NCBI GenBank assembly: GCA_963726255.1
Contig: CAVSBL010000002.1
Span: forward strand, 332,529 to 356,528
Reading direction: 5' to 3'
Length of the DNA stretch: 24,000 nucleotides
Source of the DNA: Candidatus Bathyarchaeota archaeon
GTDB taxonomy: Archaea; Thermoproteota; Bathyarchaeia; 40CM-2-53-6
The notes beneath the pieces are model-generated. The model was not told the origin of the DNA and searched no databases. It saw only the letters and a program-made list of their open reading frames with translations. Both the position numbers and the translations under genes were made by a program. Positions 5,470 through 13,155 of this stretch are shown here, piece after piece (positions within the stretch are counted from its first letter, which is position 1; every line of letters begins with the position of its first letter).

Positions 5470-6931
5470 CATCCTCCCACGACTAAAGGTCGGGGGCTTC
5501 CTGGTTCTTCGACCCCGCTTGCTCCGCCACCACGCATGGTCGGAGTAGAGGTTGGATCTCCTCAGGCGTAAGTTCGGCTGTGCCCCAGCCTACGCGATTG
5601 AATATGTTCAATGCGGCGTTCCAGTCCCGGTCAAGCATGAACCCACAGTTCGGACATTCGTGCACTCTCTTGGAAAGTGTCTTCGGGACGTGGAACCCAC
5701 ATCTTGAACAGTCCGCTGTGGTGTCGTATGGGTCTACAAACTTCACAACTGCACCGGCTTCTGCCGCCTTGTACGATGTGAATGTTTGCAGTTGACCCCA
5801 ACCAGCATCTGCTATTGACTTCGCAAGCTGATGGTTCTTGATCATGTTTTGGATGCGAAGCCTCTCGAAGATTATCATGTCGAAACGGTTCACGAGCATT
5901 CGGCTTAGCTTGTGATTGAAATCCATTCTCTGCAGTCGGACCTTACGGTGAACCTTCGCAACCCTCATGGTCTGCCTCGTCCAGTTCCTAGAACGCTTCT
6001 CCTTCCTTGAGAGTCGTCTTTGTTCTCGTTTGAGTTTCCTCTCCATCTTTCGAAGAAACTTCGGCGGCTGCACCTTCTCCCCGTTGCTTAGTGTCAGCAG
6101 TGAGTTCAACCCAAGATCGACTCCAACCTGGGTTTTTGGATGACGCGGCGGTGTTGCGGTCTCCTCCATTTCGACGGTGAAGCAGGCGTACCATTTCTCG
6201 AGTTCTCTACGGATCGTGCATGTTTTGATGGTCGCGTTGGGCGGTATGGGTCTGTGCTGGAAGATTCGGACCGTCCCGATCTTGGACAGTTGAAGTCTGC
6301 CATCTTTCAGGATGGCGCCGTTTCCGTACTGGGGGTAGGTGAAGGAGTCGTACCTGTTCCATCCTTTGAATCTGGGATAGCCTGCCTTTCGCCCATTCTT
6401 GTCTCTCTTGAGGAAGCGTTCGGAGGCGCGTTCCAGTCGCAGGGCAACGTCCTGCAGCACTTGAGAGTGTACCTGAGGCAGGTATGGGTTATCATTCTTC
6501 CTCTTCGTGAGACCTCGCTTCTGCTCGTAGTATGATGCCGACCGACCATTCTTCCTGTAGGCGTCTCTGCGTTCACCGAGCAAGTTGTTGTACAGGATGC
6601 GGCATGTGTGAAGTGTTCGTTCAAGAATTCTCCTCTGCTCCGCGTTGGGGTAGATTCGGAACCTGTATGCCGTGCGCGTTCTCATTTGCCCCCTTGTGCT
6701 CGCTTGTATGTACCGGTAGCGTTCAATGAGGAATGAGATGTTTCCTGGTTATGTGTGTTGGTGGTGCTCTCATGCTTCGCCTCTACAACGCGGATTTGGC
6801 GCTGCCGCGCACGGAATTCATCCCACCGCTGAAGCATGTGGGGATTACTTGCCTCAAATCCGTTCTATGGGTGGGGGTTTTTCTGCCAAAGCTTGGGGTT
6901 GGGGCAAGCTTATTTAGACTAATAGAGAAGG
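5470..6931 (-). mobile_element. IS200/IS605-family (IS1341-like) tnpB-only element or its remnant; ends not determinable by eye
   Basis: The tnpB gene has no tnpA. It fills the whole gap between the nucS stop (5469) and the Sm gene. About 245 nt of hairpin-rich non-coding DNA lie on its 5' side, and only 13 nt lie on its 3' side. The boundaries given are simply the flanking gene limits. Confidence 0.4.
5483..6685 (-). CDS. tnpB: RNA-guided endonuclease TnpB (IS200/IS605-family accessory protein, OrfB)
   Basis: 400 aa. The N-terminus is AYRFRIYPNAEQ. RuvC-I is VGVDLG (D190) and RuvC-II is IIFERL (E274). The zinc finger is CSRC...CPNC (C326/C329/C344/C347). RuvC-III is DRDWNAALNI. The tail GWGTAELTPEE...SKNQEAP is typical of TnpB. 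All catalytic positions appear intact. Confidence 0.93.
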   Translation of the reverse strand: MRTRTAYRFRIYPNAEQRRILERTLHTCRILYNNLLGERRDAYRKNGRSASYYEQKRGLTKRKNDNPYLPQVHSQVLQDVALRLERASERFLKRDKNGRKAGYPRFKGWNRYDSFTYPQYGNGAILKDGRLQLSKIGTVRIFQHRPIPPNATIKTCTIRRELEKWYACFTVEMEETATPPRHPKTQVGVDLGLNSLLTLSNGEKVQPPKFLRKMERKLKREQRRLSRKEKRSRNWTRQTMRVAKVHRKVRLQRMDFNHKLSRMLVNRFDMIIFERLRIQNMIKNHQLAKSIADAGWGQLQTFTSYKAAEAGAVVKFVDPYDTTADCSRCGFHVPKTLSKRVHECPNCGFMLDRDWNAALNIFNRVGWGTAELTPEEIQPLLRPCVVAEQAGSKNQEAPDL

Positions 6932-6949
6932 TTGCGAAGCAAATCAGTG

Positions 6950-7201
6950 ATGAACGTGGAGCCTTCTAGGAAACCTCTCAACTTACTCGTGAAGAAACTT
7001 AACGGAGAAATCACGATTCGGCTAAAGAACGACGTAGAATACCACGGCAAGATGATAGACGCTGACAGCCACATGAACATCATTCTCGAAGGAGCAACTG
7101 AGTACCGTGGTAACTCTCCGACAGCCAATTATGGGAACGTAATCGTGCGCGGAAGCAACATTCTCTACATTAGCGTAGAACCAGGCAAGAAACAGCCTTA
7201 A
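6950..7201 (+). CDS. Sm-like archaeal protein (LSm/SmAP)
   Basis: Sm1 motif: ITIRLKNDVEYHGKMIDADSHMNIIL. Sm2 motif: VIVRGSNILYIS. The ORF track starts at TTG 6932. ATG 6950 (MNVEPSRKPLNLL) gives a more typical 83 aa protein. Confidence 0.9.
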   Translation: MNVEPSRKPLNLLVKKLNGEITIRLKNDVEYHGKMIDADSHMNIILEGATEYRGNSPTANYGNVIVRGSNILYISVEPGKKQP

Positions 7202-7234
7202 GGCCGCACGGTTTTAGCGGGGGTTAACCGAGCG

Positions 7235-8833
7235 TTGGGTGTTCCCTTTGACTCACCGCTCGAAGCCTCACTTCTATCTGAGTTGGCTTCGCGTGTTGTT
7301 GAAAGCGGGGCAACTGACCCCGACAGCCTCAACAGGATAAAGTTGGAATTTTGCAGAAAGCACGAACTCAGCTGGATGCCACGCAACTCTGACATTCTCG
7401 GCGCCCTGCCGGAACACGTGAAGGAAAAACTTCGGCCCAACCTGCGTTTGAAAAAAGTGCGCAGCATTTCAGGCGTGAACGTCATAGGTGTCATGAGTTC
7501 ACCGCGCGGCTGCCCACACGGCCGCTGCGTATTCTGTCCCATGGAGAAAGGGTTCCCAATGAGTTACACGTCAGGCGAACCCGCAGCCATGAGGGGTTTT
7601 CAGTCTGGATACGACCCGTTCCTCCAGATCAGCAGTCGGCTTGAGCAGCTCAAAGCCATCGGGCACGTGCCTTCGAAGGTCGAGCTGGTAATTCAAGGCG
7701 GAACATTCCTAGCCGCACCCGTCGACTACCAGGAGCACTTCGTAAGTAGATGCTTAGACGCAATCAACGGCGTAAACTCATCAACTCTAGAGGAAGCAAA
7801 GACCCGGGCTGAATTCAGCGAAATTCGCAACGTGGGCTTAACCATCGAGACCAAACCTGACTGGTGTAAGCAGCCGCATGTTGACCAGATGCTCAGGTTT
7901 GGAGCAACGCGCGTCGAAATCGGCGTCCAAGTAATCGATGATTACATCTACACTCTAACTAATCGGGGCCACACGGTGCAAGACGATGTCGAAGCCTTTC
8001 AAATAGCCAAAGATGCAGGCTTCAAAATCGTCGCACACATGATGCCAGGTCTGCCGGGCTCCGACTTTCAGAAGGACCTTCAATCATTTAGAACGCTTTT
8101 CGAAGACCCGCGGTTTTGCCCGGACATGTTGAAGATCTATCCTTGCCTCGTCATGGAAGGCACGGAACTGTATGACTGGTGGCAGCGCGGCCTCTACCAA
8201 CCATACGACTCAGAACAAGCCGCTGACCTGATCGCCAGCGTGAAGGAATTTGTTCCACGATGGGTCCGAATTATGCGTGTCCATCGGGAGTTCCCTGTTC
8301 AACTCATTAAATCCGGTGTAAAGAAAGGCAACCTTCGCGAACTCGCCATAGCACGATTGAGAGAGAGGGGAAAAAGGTGCAGGTGCATTCGGTGCCGTGA
8401 GGTAGGCCACAGAATGCTAAAGGAGAACGTGACCGTTCAATCCGACCGAATTCGTCTCATCACACAGGAATACGAAGCGTCTGGGGGAAAGGAGTTCTTC
8501 ATCTCGATTGAAGAACCTGAAGCGGATGTCCTGATAGGATATTTGCGCCTGAGACTGCCTTCTGAAAAAGCCCATAGGCCTGAGGTCGATGCAACGACCG
8601 CAATGGTCCGAGAGCTTCACGTTTACGGGACCGAGGTTCCTGTCGGCCTAAGGTACGGGGGTGCGTGGCAGCACACCGGTCTAGGTCGAAAGCTACTAGC
8701 GGAAGCAGAGAAAGCGGCGGAGGAACACGGTGCGAACATGATACTGGTCCTAAGTGCCCTCGGGACGAAGGGGTACTACAAGCGGGCTGGTTACGATGTC
8801 GTCGGGCCCTACGTGGGAAAGACGCTGAGCTGA
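7235..8833 (+). CDS. elp3: tRNA uridine(34) modification radical SAM/acetyltransferase Elp3
   Basis: 532 aa. The radical-SAM cluster motif is CPHGRCVFCP. The central Elp3 core shows TIETKPDWC ... RVEIGVQ. The C-terminal GNAT is VRELHVYG ... QHTGLGRKLLAEAEKAA. The start is TTG. Confidence 0.92.
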   Translation: MGVPFDSPLEASLLSELASRVVESGATDPDSLNRIKLEFCRKHELSWMPRNSDILGALPEHVKEKLRPNLRLKKVRSISGVNVIGVMSSPRGCPHGRCVFCPMEKGFPMSYTSGEPAAMRGFQSGYDPFLQISSRLEQLKAIGHVPSKVELVIQGGTFLAAPVDYQEHFVSRCLDAINGVNSSTLEEAKTRAEFSEIRNVGLTIETKPDWCKQPHVDQMLRFGATRVEIGVQVIDDYIYTLTNRGHTVQDDVEAFQIAKDAGFKIVAHMMPGLPGSDFQKDLQSFRTLFEDPRFCPDMLKIYPCLVMEGTELYDWWQRGLYQPYDSEQAADLIASVKEFVPRWVRIMRVHREFPVQLIKSGVKKGNLRELAIARLRERGKRCRCIRCREVGHRMLKENVTVQSDRIRLITQEYEASGGKEFFISIEEPEADVLIGYLRLRLPSEKAHRPEVDATTAMVRELHVYGTEVPVGLRYGGAWQHTGLGRKLLAEAEKAAEEHGANMILVLSALGTKGYYKRAGYDVVGPYVGKTLS

Positions 8834-8890
8834 CACAGAGAGCGGGCATAGCTAACGTCTTAAGGGTCTCAGCTTTCCATCTCCAAAGCC

Positions 8891-9454
8891 TTGGCGGAGA
8901 TTGGTTTGTCCCAGGAAGAATTGTACGGTTACTCAGGTATCTCACGCGACATCTTAAGGAAAGCAGGCGCTCAGGTCGGGGATAAGCTCCGACTTGAACT
9001 GAAACGGGGTGCAGGCCAAGAGATTGTGGAGGGGCTCCTCATGCCGCGTTACCACTCCGGCCGGGATGAGAATTACATTGTCGTAAAATTGAGGACTGGA
9101 TATAATGTGGGCGTTCGGGTTGACACCTCGACGAAGGTTAGCGTTCTAGGGAAAGGAGAGGCGCCCCATTTCACCCGCCCTCCCCTTCCAAAACAGAAGT
9201 CAGGGCTGCCGAAGGTATCCATAATCAGCACGGGGGGCACCATAGCCAGTAAAGTCGATTATAGAACTGGGGCGGTGAAGCCCGCCCTCGATTCGGAAGA
9301 CTTGTACAGCGTAGTCCCAGAGCTAGCTGAGCTTGCTGACATTAATGCAAAAGTACTGACGAGCGTCTTCAGCGAAAACATAGGGCCACAACAATGGCCT
9401 AAGATTGCGGAGTCGGTGGCAGAGCAAATTCTGCGGGGGCGGACGGCGTCGTAG
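8891..9454 (+). CDS. gatD: Glu-tRNA(Gln) amidotransferase subunit D, N-terminal fragment (frameshifted gene)
   Basis: 187 aa. It has the GatD N-domain (GDKLRLE...EGLLMPR...VVKLRTGYNVG) and the first asparaginase-type motif, ISTGGTIAS. It ends abnormally at ...AEQILRG-RTAS*. Confidence 0.9.
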   Translation: MAEIGLSQEELYGYSGISRDILRKAGAQVGDKLRLELKRGAGQEIVEGLLMPRYHSGRDENYIVVKLRTGYNVGVRVDTSTKVSVLGKGEAPHFTRPPLPKQKSGLPKVSIISTGGTIASKVDYRTGAVKPALDSEDLYSVVPELAELADINAKVLTSVFSENIGPQQWPKIAESVAEQILRGRTAS

Positions 9455-10260
9455 TGGCCCATGGAACTGACACACTTGGTTACACAGCGGCTGCCCTCAG
9501 TTTCGCTTTGCAGGGCATACCGGTGCCCGTGGTACTCGTTGGCTCACAGCGTTCGTCCGATCGGCCTAGCTCCGACGCCGCAACCAACCTGATTGCGGCG
9601 ACGGCAGTAGCCGGCCAAGCTCCTTTCGCTGAAGTTGTTGTCGCTATGCATGATTGGGTTTCGGATGAGAGAGTCGCCGTCCACAGGGGAACCAAGGTAC
9701 GAAAGTGCCACACGAGTAGAAGAGATGCCTTCAGGAGCGTAAACGCCCGCCCCATCGCCCAGTACGACCTTGTCAACCGGGCGCTCCAACTCAACGGAGA
9801 AAAATACGCTGAACGGCACAAGCGTTCAGATTGGGAGGTTCGATCCAAGTTCGACCCAAACGTCGCCCTGATCAAATTCCACCCGGGGCTCTCAGTGGGG
9901 ATGATCGATTGGGCGACCGCCACGGGGTACAAGGGCATCGTCCTCGAAGGAACTGGTCTGGGACACATTGGCGAGGCTTTGTTCCCCGCAATTGAAAGGG
10001 CGGTGAAGAATGGGACTGTGGTAGCCATGTGCTCCCAGTGCATATGGGGTAGAGTTCACATGAACGTCTATTCAACCGGACGGGACCTGCTGAAACTTGG
10101 GGTGTTACCACTCGGCGACATGCTCTCAGAGACCGCGCTGGTGAAGATGATGTGGGCGTTCGGGCAAGAAACGGATTCAGAGAAAGTCAAGAAGTTAATG
10201 CTCACAAATATTGCGAATGAAATTTCGGACAGACGAATACCTGAGGCCTCCGTAGAATGA
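9454..10260 (+). CDS. gatD: Glu-tRNA(Gln) amidotransferase subunit D, C-terminal fragment (frameshifted gene)
   Basis: 268 aa. It begins inside the conserved (VVV)[16 protein letters not shown] motif. The same frame reads AGADGVVV just upstream of the called GTG. The rest is the asparaginase-like body ([27 protein letters not shown]). Its stop overlaps the gatE ATG (ATGA). Confidence 0.9.
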   Translation: [268 protein letters not shown]

Positions 10261-12164
10261 GCAAGGAATCAAAGGCCCAACCTAGAATCAAGGTTGGGTT
10301 GGAGATACACAGGCAGTTGGACACGGAGCATAAACTGTTCTGCGCTTGTCCGACCGACCTCGCTGAATCAGAACCTGAAGAGAAGTTCATGCGAAGGCTT
10401 CGGCCGACGCAAAGTGAGCTCGGCCAGATTGATCAAGCTGCCCTATTCGAATTCCACCGTGGCAGGAGCGTGCTCTACGAGGAGGATCATGAAACATCAT
10501 GCCTAGTCGAAATGGATGAAGAACCGCCTAGCAAACTCAACAGCGAAGCGGTTGAAGTATGTTTGACCGCCTCTCTATTGATGGATGCCAAACCTGTGGA
10601 TGAAATCCACGTGATGCGTAAGGTCGTGATTGATGGTTCCAACACTACAGGGTTTCAGCGCACTTGCGTAGTTGCCCTGGATGGAGCCTTGACGGTGGAC
10701 GGAAAGGAAATTCCCATTCAACAGATCTCACTAGAGGAGGATGCCGCTCGGAAAACCACTCAATCAAAGGAAACCGTTGGGTATAGGATAGACCGGCTTG
10801 GGGTTCCATTAATTGAGGTAACAACAGGGCCCGCGATGGACTCTGCAGGTGAAGTCGAGAAGGTTGCCTACGCTATAGGCACCATGTTGCGGGCGACGAG
10901 AAAGGTGAAGAGAGGTTTGGGAAGTATTCGGCAGGACCTGAACATTTCAACCCCTGGCGGAGCCCTAATGGAAATCAAAGGAGTCCAGGAACTCGACCTC
11001 CTTAGCAAGGTTGTTGAAACAGAAGTCAACCGCCAGCAAACGCTGCTCGAAATACGAGATGAACTCGGTCGAAGGGACGCGAATCCTAGTCTACTCGAAA
11101 GAAAGTATAGCGATCTTACCGAGGCTTTCGGTGGCTCAAAAGTTCGAATAATAAAGGAAGCTATCTCGAAGGGCGGCGTCGTGTTGGCCGTTAAGCTTCC
11201 CAAATTCAAAGGGCTCTTAGGGAAGGAGCTTGCACCGGGATTGCGCCTCGGGACGGAACTGTCCAACCGCGCATCATTCTGGGCAGGTGTCGGCGGCATA
11301 TTTCACTCCGACGAGCTTCCGGCTTACGGCGTCACAGAAGACGAGGTCCACCATGTGAGGGAGCGATTGAATGCGTCGGGCAACGATGCCTTTGTCTTGG
11401 TCGCTGACGAGAAGGCAACAGCAAACGATGCTTTAGATGCCGTCGTCGACCGCGCAATCGAGGCAATCTCCGGCGTCCCTGAAGAGACGCACACCGCGAT
11501 GCCCGACGGGACCACGAGGTACATGCGGCCGAGGCCAGGCGCAGCACGAATGTATCCCGAAACCGATGTCCCACAAACACCAGTCACACCAGAATTAGTC
11601 ACGAGATTGAAGGCTAACCTGCCCGAAACCCCTGAAGGCCTAACAAAACGACTGGTTGACCAATACTCGCTAAACCAAAAGCTGGCAAAACAACTAGTCG
11701 ACTCGGATCATCTTACCCTCTTCCAACAAATTGCTGCAACTAGCAAAGTGCCACCCACGTTCATCGCCACCGTGCTCACTGAAAGCTGCAAAAGCCTTGA
11801 ACGTGAAGGCATACCCGTTCACTCCATCCCAGATGGCAAAATCCAACGCATGTTTGGACTAGTGGACGAGGGGGTTGTCGCTAAAGAAGCGGTCCTAGAC
11901 CTGTTGAAGTGGCAAGCGGCGAACCTTGCCTCAGACCCGTCCGATGGCGTCAGGAAGCTCGGGTTGAAAATGTTGACTGAGCACGAGCTTGAGGAGATCA
12001 TCGACCGCCATATCGAGAAGAACAGAAAACTCGTCGACGAGAAAGGAGAAGCAGCTTTCTCCTCACTGATGGGCTCGGTGATGTCCGAAGTTAGGGGATC
12101 CATTGAACCTAAGGTCGTTTCAGAGAGGTTGAAGAAGCGACTATCCAAAGCGGGTCGAAAGTAG
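10257..12164 (+). CDS. gatE: Glu-tRNA(Gln) amidotransferase subunit E
   Basis: 635 aa. It has the N-terminal KVGLEIHRQLDTEHKLFCAC signature, a GatB/E catalytic core, and a C-terminal YqeY-like tail. Confidence 0.95.
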   Translation: MSKESKAQPRIKVGLEIHRQLDTEHKLFCACPTDLAESEPEEKFMRRLRPTQSELGQIDQAALFEFHRGRSVLYEEDHETSCLVEMDEEPPSKLNSEAVEVCLTASLLMDAKPVDEIHVMRKVVIDGSNTTGFQRTCVVALDGALTVDGKEIPIQQISLEEDAARKTTQSKETVGYRIDRLGVPLIEVTTGPAMDSAGEVEKVAYAIGTMLRATRKVKRGLGSIRQDLNISTPGGALMEIKGVQELDLLSKVVETEVNRQQTLLEIRDELGRRDANPSLLERKYSDLTEAFGGSKVRIIKEAISKGGVVLAVKLPKFKGLLGKELAPGLRLGTELSNRASFWAGVGGIFHSDELPAYGVTEDEVHHVRERLNASGNDAFVLVADEKATANDALDAVVDRAIEAISGVPEETHTAMPDGTTRYMRPRPGAARMYPETDVPQTPVTPELVTRLKANLPETPEGLTKRLVDQYSLNQKLAKQLVDSDHLTLFQQIAATSKVPPTFIATVLTESCKSLEREGIPVHSIPDGKIQRMFGLVDEGVVAKEAVLDLLKWQAANLASDPSDGVRKLGLKMLTEHELEEIIDRHIEKNRKLVDEKGEAAFSSLMGSVMSEVRGSIEPKVVSERLKKRLSKAGRK

Positions 12165-12171
12165 GAGTCGA

Positions 12172-13155
12172 TTATTCTAGAAATTGTATGTCATCGATCA
12201 GCCCGTCACTGTTCACATCTAAGCCGCTCACAACGCGTGCAACCACATTCGGATTCATCGAATTTCCTTTGGCGATTTCGTCAGTGTATTTGATGAACGC
12301 GAGCACTGCCGCCCTAGTCCCTTGGTAGGTGTTACCCGCGATTACTATGATGCGGCATTCCCGATTCATTGGGTTGACGATAGATTGAATTGCGCCTTCT
12401 TCTTCTCCCGCGTAGCTTCTGCCTGAGATTCGCGAAACCATGAGGTTGTGGCCCGTCAGTTCGTACGTTACTGGCAAAGACTCATTCACGGACATTGTGA
12501 CCGTGTTCACTTTTGGCCCCCCGACGAGGATGAGGTTTTGAAGCATCTCCTGTTGCGCTATCTCCGTGTCCAAACGCACATTATTTTCTCTCGTGAGCGG
12601 TAGCAATGAACCTAGAAATAGGGCGAGGTCAGTGGCTCTATCGCCGCACCGGGCGCGGCTTCGGAAAGCTCCATGAGTATCCGGACTCCCAAGGACGATG
12701 TGGGCGTTGAGGTGGCCGAGGGAAATGAATGGGTCAAGGAGTTTGGAAGACGCTTCGCCGAGAGTTTGCTCGGGGAGACTTTCCCCGACCTTTCCTGCGG
12801 TTCCGAGTTTGGGGATGATGGTTATTGCCTTCTGCTCCGCTCTGTAGTACTTTGCCATCGCTCCCCTTTTCTTGACGGTTCTCTGCAGGCGCACGAACCC
12901 AGTTCGCTCAAGCTCCCTGAGGTGATAACAGACGACCTGTTCGCTCGTGTGGAATATCTCTGCAAGGTCCTTTGCACATTTCTCGCTGGCCGTCAGTTCA
13001 CTTAGTATCCTCCAACGTGTCGGCTGGAGGACTGATTGGGCTAATCGTGGGTCGGAGAAGACACGCGTGGGTACGAGCTGGTCGGAATGTCTTTCCTTTA
13101 GGATCAGGTATGACATGGCTGCGTGTCCTCTTGATTCAACGATTAATAAAGTCAC
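12172..13155 (-). CDS. ArsR-type winged-helix regulator fused to a C-terminal domain of about 200 aa and unknown function
   Basis: 327 aa from GTG 13155. ATG 13116 (MSYLILKE...) is an equally plausible start. The HTH reads TRWRILSELTASEKCAKDLAEIFHTSEQVVCYHLRELERTGFV. The C-terminal domain contains NLILVGGPKVN and IIVIAGNTYQGTRAAV, strings that I associate (from memory, low certainty) with archaeal S-layer-type domains. Confidence 0.65.
   Translation of the reverse strand: MTLLIVESRGHAAMSYLILKERHSDQLVPTRVFSDPRLAQSVLQPTRWRILSELTASEKCAKDLAEIFHTSEQVVCYHLRELERTGFVRLQRTVKKRGAMAKYYRAEQKAITIIPKLGTAGKVGESLPEQTLGEASSKLLDPFISLGHLNAHIVLGSPDTHGAFRSRARCGDRATDLALFLGSLLPLTRENNVRLDTEIAQQEMLQNLILVGGPKVNTVTMSVNESLPVTYELTGHNLMVSRISGRSYAGEEEGAIQSIVNPMNRECRIIVIAGNTYQGTRAAVLAFIKYTDEIAKGNSMNPNVVARVVSGLDVNSDGLIDDIQFLE

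Noticed and set aside
5151-5537. 128 aa minus-strand ORF spanning the nucS 3' half and the tnpB 3' end
   Set aside because: It overlaps two confidently identified genes and has shadow-ORF composition. It is relevant only as the strand on which an omega RNA would be made.
6869-6904. G-quadruplex from four G runs
   Set aside because: The middle loop is about 18 nt, well outside the canonical 1-7 nt definition. The last two runs are more simply explained as the loop of the AAGCTT hairpin. It is kept only as a note inside the 6686..6931 finding.
6726-6969. Plus-strand ORFs 6726..6917 and 6733..6969 upstream of the Sm gene
   Set aside because: They overlap each other in different frames and have Cys/Trp/Gly-rich odd composition. 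They lie in the hairpin-rich spacer next to tnpB, so they are more likely non-coding element-end or promoter DNA.
9480-10043. 187 aa minus-strand ORF, with 9544..9819, 9872..10111, 10868..11299, 11324..11602, 11332..11580 and 11819..12148
   Set aside because: They are antisense shadows of gatD/gatE. They have Ser/Arg/Pro-rich composition and no recognisable motifs, while the sense-strand genes are certain.
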